NCBI GenBank assembly: GCA_040217195.1
Contig: JAVJNR010000008.1
Coordinates: 384,001-448,000 of the forward strand
DNA from: Leptospiraceae bacterium
GTDB taxonomy: Bacteria > Spirochaetota > Leptospiria > Leptospirales > Leptonemataceae
Length of the DNA stretch: 64,000 bases
Direction of reading: 5' to 3'
The notes below the pieces were generated by a model that had not been told where the DNA came from, did not search any database, and was given only the letters and a program-made list of their open reading frames with translations. How positions within the stretch are numbered: position 1 is the stretch's first letter; each line of letters opens with the position of its first letter. Below are positions 49,945 through 59,107 of the stretch, in pieces. Made by a program: the position numbers and the translations under genes.

Positions 49945-51629
49945 TATCCGCTCCGCTCTCTGAAGAAAACTCGAATAGGAATTCCCTGCAATCCAAAATC
50001 CTGCCGAATTTTATTCTCAACAAAGCGAGGAAATCCCTTCTGCATCTTTTGCTTATCGTTTATAAAGAATAAAAATACAGGCGGATTGGCATCCGGCTGG
50101 GTGGCATACAGGATACGAAACCCTGCATTTTTTCCAGGCCAGTCCCGAAACCATATTTTGATTCTATTATTTAGCTCGGAGGTGCTCACGCGATAGGCGG
50201 ATTTCTCTTTCAATGCCAGAGCTTCTTCGATGATTTTAAGAGTGTTCTTTCCAGTTAGAGCGGAAATAAAGAGCACCGGAACAGTTTCCAGAAAGCGAAA
50301 GGCCGCTTTAAGATCCAGAAGAAAGTTTTTCTGAGTTTTATGATCTTTGTCTGGAACAGCATCCCATTTATTGACTACCATAATGCATGGTCGAGCGAAT
50401 CGGCCAATCATTGCCTGAATTTTTTTATCGTAATCGCTTATGCCTTTCAGTCCATCGATTAGGTGCACTACAACTTCGCTATCCTGCATGGCACGAAGGC
50501 TTCGCCGCATAGAATAGAAATCCGTGGCATTCTTAACAGCTCCTCTTTTCTTTAGCCCGGCTGTATCGATTATTCGAATTGCCTTTCCGCGAAAACGAAA
50601 CAGAGTGTCCAGAGTATCTCTAGTTGTACCCGCCACATCCGAAACCAGAGAAAGTTCCTCATTTACCAGCCTGTTAAATAGAGATGACTTACCGGCATTT
50701 TGCTTCCCCACCAGACTGATTCGTAAGTCGCTCGTTCTATCATCGCTAATAGTAGTTGAACGTATTTCTTTGCTTCTACGTCGATCCTGCCAGATGCTTT
50801 CAATCTCCTGCTCCGTCAGAGTGGGCTCTTGAAGATTTACTGAAACCGGCCCTGCGCCAGAACCTTCCATGGTCTGCTCAACCAATTCGTCCGAGTCAGC
50901 GGCATTATCCTCTTCGGTCACTACTGTAAGACTGTGCGGATCGCCATCTGGATTGTCTGGCATCTCAATGGAGGCATGGCCATCAGACTCATTTTCCATT
51001 TCCTCTTCTATGGCCACCCCACCCGGGTCCTCCTGCGATTCTGAGGCGGCCCTATTCTTTCTTCTCTTCCAGTGCGGCTCGGCCAGGCCTGAAGGACTGC
51101 GCTCCAGAGCGGGAGGCATGGCAATTCCCAGAGACTCCAGAGTGGACTTCACTGCTTCGCACATATCTTTCAGATGGTATTTGCTGGCCGCCGATACTGG
51201 CAGAGGATCCAGACCATCCTCATAGAAACCGTAAATGTCAGATTCTTTTTCCGGAGCATCTATCTTGTTTACAACTAGAAGCAGCGGTCGATTCTCTTTT
51301 CGCAGCCACTGAATAAAATCAATGTCGAAAGCATCTGCGGCCGGAGGCTCCATCAAATAGATGAGCAAATCCACAGATTTTAAAATTTCACGGGCCCGGG
51401 CCACGATGGCATCGTCCAGACCATTGTCCGGTTCCAGGTCCAGGCCCGGTAGATCCAGAATGTAAAATCGCATTCCGTAGCGGTTTACTTCGCCTTTTAG
51501 TACGTCTCTTGTCAATCCGGGGGTTTCATGGGTCAAAGCGCGGTTCTTTCCCAACAGTGCATTGAATAGAGAGGATTTGCCTGCATTCCTGCGGCCAGCC
51601 AGGCCCACTACTGGGATGTGTTTTGCCAT
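49944..51629 (-). CDS. der: Ribosome biogenesis GTPase Der (EngA) with expanded acidic linker
   Basis: Two G domains (GRRNAGKS/TRD/DLPG/NKID and GKQNAGKS/TRD/DTAG/NKWD) and a C-terminal KH-like domain. Confidence 0.93.
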   Translation of the reverse strand: MAKHIPVVGLAGRRNAGKSSLFNALLGKNRALTHETPGLTRDVLKGEVNRYGMRFYILDLPGLDLEPDNGLDDAIVARAREILKSVDLLIYLMEPPAADAFDIDFIQWLRKENRPLLLVVNKIDAPEKESDIYGFYEDGLDPLPVSAASKYHLKDMCEAVKSTLESLGIAMPPALERSPSGLAEPHWKRRKNRAASESQEDPGGVAIEEEMENESDGHASIEMPDNPDGDPHSLTVVTEEDNAADSDELVEQTMEGSGAGPVSVNLQEPTLTEQEIESIWQDRRRSKEIRSTTISDDRTSDLRISLVGKQNAGKSSLFNRLVNEELSLVSDVAGTTRDTLDTLFRFRGKAIRIIDTAGLKKRGAVKNATDFYSMRRSLRAMQDSEVVVHLIDGLKGISDYDKKIQAMIGRFARPCIMVVNKWDAVPDKDHKTQKNFLLDLKAAFRFLETVPVLFISALTGKNTLKIIEEALALKEKSAYRVSTSELNNRIKIWFRDWPGKNAGFRILYATQPDANPPVFLFFINDKQKMQKGFPRFVENKIRQDFGLQGIPIRVFFRERSG

Positions 51630-51646
51630 TTTATATAATCCGGAAT

Positions 51647-52108
51647 CTATCGATTCGCATCTCGAAGAGCACGAGCCATTTCCCGGTCGGCTTCTTTCTT
51701 CTTTTCGTCCTGACGCTTATCTGCCTTCTGCTTTCCACGGCAAATCCCAAGCAGGATCTTTACCTTGCCACGGTCATTGAAATAAAGCTTCAAAGGTACA
51801 GCCGTTAGTTTCTTTTCGCGAATCTTACTGGTTAATTTATCGATTTCTTTTCGATGAAGCAGAAGCTTGCGAGTCCTGGTTTCCTCATGGTTAAAATGAG
51901 TTGCATTTCTATAGGGCTGGATTCGCAGATTGAGCAAATATAGCTCATCGCCCTGAATGGTAGCAAAAGAATCCAGAAGATCGCCGCCCCCGGCACGCAG
52001 GCTTTTTACTTCTGTTCCCTGCAGTGCAATTCCCACTTCCAGGGTTTCAAGAACCTCGTAATTTCTACGGGCTCTCTTGTTCTCCAGTGTCAGGGGTACC
52101 TTCTTCAT
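51647..52108 (-). CDS. smpB: SsrA-binding protein
   Basis: NKRARRNY, GTEVKSLR, RKLLLH, PLKLY and GKQKADKR. Confidence 0.97.
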   Translation of the reverse strand: MKKVPLTLENKRARRNYEVLETLEVGIALQGTEVKSLRAGGGDLLDSFATIQGDELYLLNLRIQPYRNATHFNHEETRTRKLLLHRKEIDKLTSKIREKKLTAVPLKLYFNDRGKVKILLGICRGKQKADKRQDEKKKEADREMARALRDANR

Positions 52109-53066
52109 CTTCGTTCTCTACGGCCTCAGGTTCTGCATCCGGTTTGGGCGCTTCGGTGCCGGTATCCAGAGGACTGGATTCAGGCAGGAACCTTGGATTG
52201 GAGAGATTTCCCTCCAGCTTGAAACAGAGTTCTCCACCGCCGGCGCCACCAAAGGCTGTATAGAAGTCATAAATGGCACGGTTCTCCTGCTGTAAATCCG
52301 ATACCGGCCTCAGGCAAATTCGCCCATTTAGCTGCATGCTGGCCAGAGGACCCCGAATTGTGCCTCTTCCGGTTAAACGAATATCAAACAGATTGGTCTG
52401 AAGCTTGCTGCCTTCAAAATTGACTCCACCTCCATCAAAGCCCATTCGTATGCGTCCCTGGCTAACAACCAGATCGGAAGGAGAGATGGGCAGCGGAATT
52501 CCGGAAGGAAGTGCTGTAAAATTCACGGACTGTAGCTCTAGCTCTAGATCGCCCACCCAGGTGGATGCAGGCTGTGCTAGAGATTCTGGCAAATTCAGCT
52601 TCAGCATAGCTTTTTCGCCGGTAACGGCCACATCCCCTGCCTGTAAACTGAACTTGCCGTTTAGAATAATGTTACCCTGGAGATCATCCTTCAGTAATCC
52701 AATCCAGGAAATTCCGGATTCTACCAGAGGACTTGAAATAGTAAAGTTCCCCACCCGAAATTGAAATCCTTCTATTTCATCGCTACCAAATGCATTTAGA
52801 TTGATGGATGTGAAGTCTGCCTGCATTCCTGATTGTGGATCCTGCAGAACGCTTCGAATAATAATCTCCAGCGGAAAGAGTGCTACAAAGAATACAACAA
52901 AGGAAAGAAGAACTGAAACTCCAATCCATATCTTCTGTCGACCGGTCAAAGTGGTCTCTTCAAAGTCATCGTCGATATCAGTGCCCGGCTCTTCAAGCAA
53001 GACCGGATCCGGTTCCACCGGTGGGGCGGAATCGTATTGCTCTTCCAGCAACTCTTCGTCAGCCAT
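52065..53066 (-). CDS. gspN: Type II secretion protein N (Leptospira/Geobacter type)
   Basis: Single TM ending in LFP, beta-rich body and C-terminal LEGNLSNPRF. Last gene of the K-L-M-N block. Confidence 0.75.
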   Translation of the reverse strand: MADEELLEEQYDSAPPVEPDPVLLEEPGTDIDDDFEETTLTGRQKIWIGVSVLLSFVVFFVALFPLEIIIRSVLQDPQSGMQADFTSINLNAFGSDEIEGFQFRVGNFTISSPLVESGISWIGLLKDDLQGNIILNGKFSLQAGDVAVTGEKAMLKLNLPESLAQPASTWVGDLELELQSVNFTALPSGIPLPISPSDLVVSQGRIRMGFDGGGVNFEGSKLQTNLFDIRLTGRGTIRGPLASMQLNGRICLRPVSDLQQENRAIYDFYTAFGGAGGGELCFKLEGNLSNPRFLPESSPLDTGTEAPKPDAEPEAVENEDEEGTPDTGEQESP

Positions 53067-53581
53067 TACCGCTCTCCTCCACCCTGGGCCGGTCTTTGAA
53101 CAGATATCTTAATTCGAACGTCGTATACTTCCTTTTCCGAGTAAGGCCTGGTGATCTGTAGATCCTCCACTCGAGCAGATACCGCTCCGCCTACCTCCAC
53201 CTGATATAAAAACTGAAATACATCCACCAGCTTCTCTGAATTAAAACTAATATCTACTACAATCTTTTCCTGACCCTTGCTTACCTGAGTCACATTGGAA
53301 TTCATGCTGGATCGTTGCAATCCCTGGCTTTCAATCATCTGACGAAGCTGATTCTTTAATTGCTCTTCGGACGGGGCCTGGCTACCAGAAGGAAGTCTTT
53401 GAATTAACTGACCCATCTGTCGAATCTTCTGCAGATCCTGTCTGGCAGTTTCCACTCTAGTTCTCAGTTCTGCCCTGTGTCCCAGGATTGTAATAATACC
53501 CAGAATAAGCAGAAAAGCTGCGATAATTAGCCCACCACCAAAGACAAACATCCTCTCTCTGTCGTTTAACTTATCCAGCAT
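53066..53581 (-). CDS. gspM: Type II secretion protein M
   Basis: LNDRER followed by a TM, coiled coil and ferredoxin-like C-domain (FLYQVE). Coupled to its neighbours. Confidence 0.8.
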   Translation of the reverse strand: MLDKLNDRERMFVFGGGLIIAAFLLILGIITILGHRAELRTRVETARQDLQKIRQMGQLIQRLPSGSQAPSEEQLKNQLRQMIESQGLQRSSMNSNVTQVSKGQEKIVVDISFNSEKLVDVFQFLYQVEVGGAVSARVEDLQITRPYSEKEVYDVRIKISVQRPAQGGGER

Positions 53582-55239
53582 CAGTCGCAGCTCACTCCCG
53601 AGGTTCCGCCATCGTTGGCCAGATTAATGGTAAATCGAACCCTTACTTTCTGGCCCGGCAATTCATCGGACCGACTTTCAGTAACTGCAGAAAACATTTT
53701 GCTTTCTCGCAAGGCCTGCTGCACCTGAGCGATTTGTGTGGATCTTCCCAGTTCCAGTCCAAGATCTACCTGGTTTTCCCTGTAATGCAGTACCTTGACT
53801 TTTAATTCGCCTACTTCGGCTCGGGCCGGCGTCTTTTCAGAGATTTCCCGAAGAATATCCAGGCTGCGAAAACCGCCGTACCTGGTCTGAGCCATGGCCA
53901 ATCTTTCATTGCAGACCGTCCTTACTGCATCCACGGGGACCTGGGCTCCGGGCCGGTAACCCGGAACAATTCGCTGGGCTTCCTTGTCTGCAATGGCGCG
54001 ATATTCGGCCAGGCGACTTCGATCCATGGCAATCCCAACTATAAAACCAATGAGTAAAACTACAAGCCCCACAGATGCAATGTAAAGCGGAGTGGAAAAA
54101 GCACTGAGTCGAATTTCGCCTCTTCGCAGAGTACTGCCGAACGGTGTGGAAAGAAAATCGATTCTTTCCTTTTGTTTCCGCGCGAAATGTTCCATCATGC
54201 CCAGGGCCATGACCCAGGGGGCAATGTTCTCCGTTTCCAGCTGAAGCGGGTACGGATTCACCGGAATTCCCAGGCTAGTCTCAAGAAAATCATCGCATCC
54301 AGGCAGGGTTGCTCCACCGCCAGAGATATACACAGCATCTGGTGAGGGCACCGGAGCGGAAATTAGAGTTCGTTCAATCTCTGCAGCTACTTCGCGGTAG
54401 AAATCCTTTGTTTTACGGATTATCTTCTTCGCATCTTCTTTGTTCAGCCGGTACATGGCCAGAACGGCTTCATTGTATCCACCGGACTTACTTTCGCTTA
54501 CATCCAGTTCAAGGTCCTTAATTAGAGACTCAGCACGTTCCAGTTCATAACCGGTAATCTCCTGAATCTCCTGGATTAAATCCTGAAAACCGAAAGGAAT
54601 ACTTCTGGTAAAGCACACAGCACCGGAATCCAGAAGATTGATCAAAGTATCCTGATAGCCAATATCCGCCTGGCCCAGAATCTTTCCCAGAAATAGATGC
54701 TCGGGAAGCATCTGGATGGCGCTGGCCAGAGCAGCCGTAGGCACAGTCAGCATTCGAACGTTTCCACCACTGCGAATCAAGGGATCCACTGCGGCTTCAA
54801 TAGAATTCAAGGGTGCCGTATAGGAAATAAAATGACTGGCTTCTTCGTCCGATTTCCAGTATTCACCTATCACCTCTGCATCTTCCAGCGAGATAGGAAC
54901 CTTGTTCTCGACCTCGTTTGGAAGTATCTCCAGGGCCTGCACCGGGTGGACCACTGGAATGTCGATATCTCGAACATAGGTCTCGCTTAATGGAAGTGTT
55001 AGAATGTAGCTGGTCTCTTCCGGGAAAAAGGACTGGATAAATCGTACCAGGTTATATTCGTAATCGTCCCGGGCTGCATCTTCTTCGCTTTCTGCTTCCG
55101 GACGATCTGCTCTGCTCACAGCGGGCAGCATCTCTGCTCTTAGAATCTTTCGGGCTCCCAGGCCTTCCTGGACCAGGAGTCCTTTAATGTACCGATTTCC
55201 ACAGTCAATGATTAGGTATCTGTTCTGAAATAATGCCAT
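53581..55239 (-). CDS. gspL: GspL (PilM/FtsA-like actin-fold cytoplasmic domain, TM, PilN-like periplasmic domain)
   Basis: IDCGNRYIK, ADIGYQDT, RSIPFG and YISGGGA motifs, then a TM and LDILREIS. Confidence 0.82.
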   Translation of the reverse strand: MALFQNRYLIIDCGNRYIKGLLVQEGLGARKILRAEMLPAVSRADRPEAESEEDAARDDYEYNLVRFIQSFFPEETSYILTLPLSETYVRDIDIPVVHPVQALEILPNEVENKVPISLEDAEVIGEYWKSDEEASHFISYTAPLNSIEAAVDPLIRSGGNVRMLTVPTAALASAIQMLPEHLFLGKILGQADIGYQDTLINLLDSGAVCFTRSIPFGFQDLIQEIQEITGYELERAESLIKDLELDVSESKSGGYNEAVLAMYRLNKEDAKKIIRKTKDFYREVAAEIERTLISAPVPSPDAVYISGGGATLPGCDDFLETSLGIPVNPYPLQLETENIAPWVMALGMMEHFARKQKERIDFLSTPFGSTLRRGEIRLSAFSTPLYIASVGLVVLLIGFIVGIAMDRSRLAEYRAIADKEAQRIVPGYRPGAQVPVDAVRTVCNERLAMAQTRYGGFRSLDILREISEKTPARAEVGELKVKVLHYRENQVDLGLELGRSTQIAQVQQALRESKMFSAVTESRSDELPGQKVRVRFTINLANDGGTSGVSCD

Positions 55240-55271
55240 GTTCCGGTCTGCCTGTTTCCCGACTCTTTCTC

Positions 55272-56417
55272 CTAGTCCTCTCTATAGTAGAGAAGCCTTG
55301 CATTCTTCCGATCATAGAGACCCACCACTCTGCGAACAACAAGGGCCTCCTCTCCTTTATCGGAACCCAGGTCCACTGTACCGATTCCTACAATGCGGTA
55401 AATGTCACCTTCCGTCTTAATTAATGAGGTATTCTCCCCTCCTCCACCGGTGATTTCCTCATACAGAGTGACGCCAAGCTCCGTTTGCACCTGAAAGGAA
55501 GGCAATTCCCGTAGTTTCGCTATGTCATCAATGTATCCATTGTTTTGCCTTCTTAGCTTGAATAGTTCCAGAACCGCCTTCTGGCTCATGGAATTGCTCA
55601 ACGCCAGCACTGTATGATATCGGGCTGCATTGATATTAATTCTGCCATTGTCCCCTGGTGGAGGAAGATAGGCTGTGATGTTATTGGCCAGGACATAATC
55701 GTCCACAGTTTTGAGGTTCTTTTCATCGATGGTTTGAAATGCCAGTTCTTCCTGATCTTCGGCCCATCCCTCGGGTTCCCTGGATTCATAGATCATTTCC
55801 TGGCTGAATCCTTTGACCATGGCCAGTTCGGACAGACTAAATAAACGGAAGTTCTTGATCTTCCTGGAAGGTTGAAGCGATTCATAATAAGAGCGTTCCG
55901 CACCTCGGCCTTCAACCGTATCGTTTTCATCGATCCAGTCTATGAGTGCATCAATGTTCTCCACCGGAATATCCAGGGCCAGTGGTTGAAATAATCGCCG
56001 CAGAATAGCTCGGTAGGTTTCATTGGGACGGTCCTCAAATGTAAGAACCAGATTGTTCACGTTTACCTTTCCATCTTCGGGCAGGATTCGGTAGCTAATG
56101 TAGCAACCTTTGCAATCCTTGCTGATGGCAATGTTGGGCGGATTGAGTATTAATCCGCTGCTATAGAGATACTCTTCAGGAACGTTGCGAATGGCGGCCA
56201 GTCCAGCCTGAAAGCCTGCATGGGCCAGCAAACGGGCCTTAAATCCCTCTGCCAGTACCTGAGCTGCTTTGAATTGCCCAAAACTCTTTTTCTGAAAAGG
56301 CAGGGCTATAAATTCGGTGGCGGTTAATCCCATCACCACACATAGCAGGATAACAATTCCCCCTCTTCTTCCCTTTCTGGAAAAGGGCCTTCGGCGCCTT
56401 GTTCCCGGTGCATTCAT
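55272..56417 (-). CDS. gspK: Type II secretion pseudopilin K
   Basis: Basic leader with a hydrophobic helix, EDGKVNVN, LIDWIDEND, SLSELAMVKG and RININAA. Confidence 0.9.
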   Translation of the reverse strand: MNAPGTRRRRPFSRKGRRGGIVILLCVVMGLTATEFIALPFQKKSFGQFKAAQVLAEGFKARLLAHAGFQAGLAAIRNVPEEYLYSSGLILNPPNIAISKDCKGCYISYRILPEDGKVNVNNLVLTFEDRPNETYRAILRRLFQPLALDIPVENIDALIDWIDENDTVEGRGAERSYYESLQPSRKIKNFRLFSLSELAMVKGFSQEMIYESREPEGWAEDQEELAFQTIDEKNLKTVDDYVLANNITAYLPPPGDNGRININAARYHTVLALSNSMSQKAVLELFKLRRQNNGYIDDIAKLRELPSFQVQTELGVTLYEEITGGGGENTSLIKTEGDIYRIVGIGTVDLGSDKGEEALVVRRVVGLYDRKNARLLYYRED

Positions 56418-56425
56418 ACTTCGAT

Positions 56426-56461
56426 AAAAAAGAAAGGCTTTCGTGTCCGAAAGCCTTTTTT
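56426..56461. terminator. Bidirectional intrinsic terminator between flgE and gspK
   Basis: 11-bp stem AAAGGCTTTCG-tgtc-CGAAAGCCTTT flanked by A and T tracts. Confidence 0.85.
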
Positions 56462-56522
56462 GATCATTTGGGAGAAGAGCTCTCCCTTTCTGAGCGAAGA
56501 AAAAGAATTAGAATCAGATCCT

Positions 56523-56553
56523 GCTGCCATCTGTCTATCTGACAGATGGCAGC
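56523..56553. repeat. Perfect 13-bp inverted repeat downstream of flgE
   Basis: GCTGCCATCTGTC-tatct-GACAGATGGCAGC. Confidence 0.8.
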
Positions 56554-56636
56554 GGCGGCTCGAAGAATTTTGAAATCCAGCTTTCAAAGCCTGAATCTCA
56601 GATTACTCCTGACCGCTTGCTGAGCCAGTTATCGGC

Positions 56637-58028
56637 CTATCGTTTCAGTCCCAGCACTTCCTGGATCATCTGATCTGTGGTAGTGATGGTTCGCGAGTTA
56701 GCCTGAAAGCCTCTCTGAGTTACAATCATATCAGTAAACTGATCGGCCAGATCCACATTGGACATCTCAAGAAGACCGGCATTGATCTTACCTTTTCCTG
56801 CCAGACCGGCTTCTCCAATATTCGCCTCTCCGGAGTTCATGGAATAAGCAAATTTGGTTTCCCCTGCTTTATCCAGACCGGCCGGATTGGTAAACGTGGC
56901 AAGTGCAATTCGGGCCAGAGGCTCTTTCACACCATTAGAATAGGTTCCGGTAATGGTCCCGGTATTATCGATGGAGAAAGCTTCCAGATATCCCATGGGA
57001 TATCCATCCTGCTCTACAGCCTTGGTAGTGAAATCCGAGGCATACTGAGTTACACCTTTCACTTCTCCGGCCTGACCCATATCCATGGTAAATGTCTGAG
57101 TTTCTGGATTTCCAGGAATGCGAAAAGAGACCTGAATCTCAAGCTTTCCGTCGTTTAGAGTGTCCACGCCATCGCTAACATTCATCAAACGACCGTCGCT
57201 GGAAAATCCCAGTTCGAAGTTATTGCTTCCAGGAACAGCTGTATCCTGACCGGCCGGACCGGTCACATTAACAGAGACGTTGGTGGCGCCATCTAGATTG
57301 ACTCGTCCAGTCCAGCGGTTCTCATCGGTCTTCCACATTTCCAGTCGGAGCTCTCGCTTATTTCCTTCTGGATCATAGACGTTGATTGTAGTGGCATGGC
57401 CTCTTCTTTGATCCGGTGGTCCACTGATGAATTGGTTGATCTGTTCTTCCGTTGCATCCGCAGGCACTATATCCACAGCCTGATTCAGGTTGGACTGAAA
57501 TACTACTTCCTGAGTTGCCTTGGCTGGCTTCTTGGAATACAGAGGAATCTTAATATCTTCGATGGATGCAGATGTGTTTACATATGCATTTTCGTTTTCA
57601 TCCATGCGAGCATTCCAGCCCTGCACATGCAGACCTGTGCCTGGATGAACGTAATTACCATCTTTATCAATGTTGAAGAATCCTGCTCTGGTATAGAACT
57701 GCTTGTCTCCATCGCGGATAACAAAGAAGCCTTCGCCGGAGATAGCCACATCGGTATTTTTACCCGTGGTCTGCAGCGAACCCTGAGTCATGATTTTATC
57801 TATTGAAGAGATCATGGAACCCAGACCAACCTGCATCGGGTTAATACCTCCAATGTTCTCTTTAGGTTCTGAGGCACCGCTCAATTCCTGGCTGATCATA
57901 TCCATGAAATTCACTCTTTCGGATTTATATCCATGAGTATTCACGTTGGCCACATTGTGACCGATCACATCCATTCGAACCTGGTGGTTCTTTAACCCGG
58001 AAACGCCGGAATACAGTGAACGCATCAT
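56637..58028 (-). CDS. flgE: Flagellar hook protein
   Basis: [24 protein letters not shown] and [27 protein letters not shown]. Confidence 0.98.
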   Translation of the reverse strand: MMRSLYSGVSGLKNHQVRMDVIGHNVANVNTHGYKSERVNFMDMISQELSGASEPKENIGGINPMQVGLGSMISSIDKIMTQGSLQTTGKNTDVAISGEGFFVIRDGDKQFYTRAGFFNIDKDGNYVHPGTGLHVQGWNARMDENENAYVNTSASIEDIKIPLYSKKPAKATQEVVFQSNLNQAVDIVPADATEEQINQFISGPPDQRRGHATTINVYDPEGNKRELRLEMWKTDENRWTGRVNLDGATNVSVNVTGPAGQDTAVPGSNNFELGFSSDGRLMNVSDGVDTLNDGKLEIQVSFRIPGNPETQTFTMDMGQAGEVKGVTQYASDFTTKAVEQDGYPMGYLEAFSIDNTGTITGTYSNGVKEPLARIALATFTNPAGLDKAGETKFAYSMNSGEANIGEAGLAGKGKINAGLLEMSNVDLADQFTDMIVTQRGFQANSRTITTTDQMIQEVLGLKR

Positions 58029-58043
58029 AAGCTTCTTTGCTCC

Positions 58044-59027
58044 TTACACAGCCAGAGACATGGCTCTGGACTCCTCTTTATTTTCTTGATACAGATGATT
58101 GAAATAGGACTGACTGGATTTTCGATCTTCCTCGGATTGTTTCTCCAATTCGCTTTCCGGTTTATTTGTTTCCGGAAGCACCGGCCCGGGACGAAGCTCT
58201 GGACTTACCTTTTGAGGCTCCTCGCCAGACTTTATCTCCGGAATATGCTTTAAGAGTTCTTCAGTAGTGGCCGCCGGTTCAGAGGCTTTGTTGTCCAGGC
58301 CTGTTTCAGCCCCGGGGCGAACATCCTCATTGGCCGGAGTTACAGGATTGGTCTGGGCAGGCTTAACGCCGGGTTCCAGAGCCGGATTTCTGCCAGGTGC
58401 TGGCTGTTGCGGATTGGATTGCGAGATTCCCATCTCATCCGGTGCAGTTCTTTCCGGTCTGGAAGGATTTGCAGGATTGGCGGGATTGGCAGGCTCCTTT
58501 CTGGTAGCGGGCCCTTCATCTGGACCATACCCGCCATATTCCTTTTTGAACTGGTGCGGATCTCCAATCAATGAAACGTCGTTTAGATTAATAGTGCGGC
58601 CGCGCACTTTTACGAATCCTTCGCCGGATCCATCATAGAATATTGCGGCAGCGACTCCGGTCACTTCCTGCCCGGTTACAAAGTCTTTTCCAACTACGAA
58701 TTTTCCAACAATATTTGCAGACTGTCTTTCGCTGAGTTTGCTCAGGTTCTTGGACACATTTTGCATCTGCTCCAGAGAGGAAAATTGCGCCATTTGAGCG
58801 ATGAAATCCTGGTCTGTCTGAGGCTTGGTCGGATCCTGATGAGTTAATTGAGTCACCAGTAGCTTGAGAAAATCATCCTTACCCAGAGACTTGATTGTCT
58901 CGCGTACTTCTACACCGTTTAGACCGCTATCCTTGAGCTTTTGCTGCTTTTCCAGCTCATTCTTAATGCTGACGCTTCTGTCCTGTTGCAGGTACTGATC
59001 TTTCGCTTTTAAATCCACTGGTTCCAT
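58044..59027 (-). CDS. flgD: Flagellar hook capping protein with long C-terminal extension
   Basis: LGKDDFLKLLVTQLTHQDPTKP..FIAQMAQFSSLEQM. Confidence 0.93.
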   Translation of the reverse strand: MEPVDLKAKDQYLQQDRSVSIKNELEKQQKLKDSGLNGVEVRETIKSLGKDDFLKLLVTQLTHQDPTKPQTDQDFIAQMAQFSSLEQMQNVSKNLSKLSERQSANIVGKFVVGKDFVTGQEVTGVAAAIFYDGSGEGFVKVRGRTINLNDVSLIGDPHQFKKEYGGYGPDEGPATRKEPANPANPANPSRPERTAPDEMGISQSNPQQPAPGRNPALEPGVKPAQTNPVTPANEDVRPGAETGLDNKASEPAATTEELLKHIPEIKSGEEPQKVSPELRPGPVLPETNKPESELEKQSEEDRKSSQSYFNHLYQENKEESRAMSLAV

Positions 59028-59107
59028 TTTCTTTTTGCCTTCAGATACGAATCAACTCTAGCATAATCCCGTTGATATCAATAACTCTATAATTCTGCGC
59101 CGCTGCC

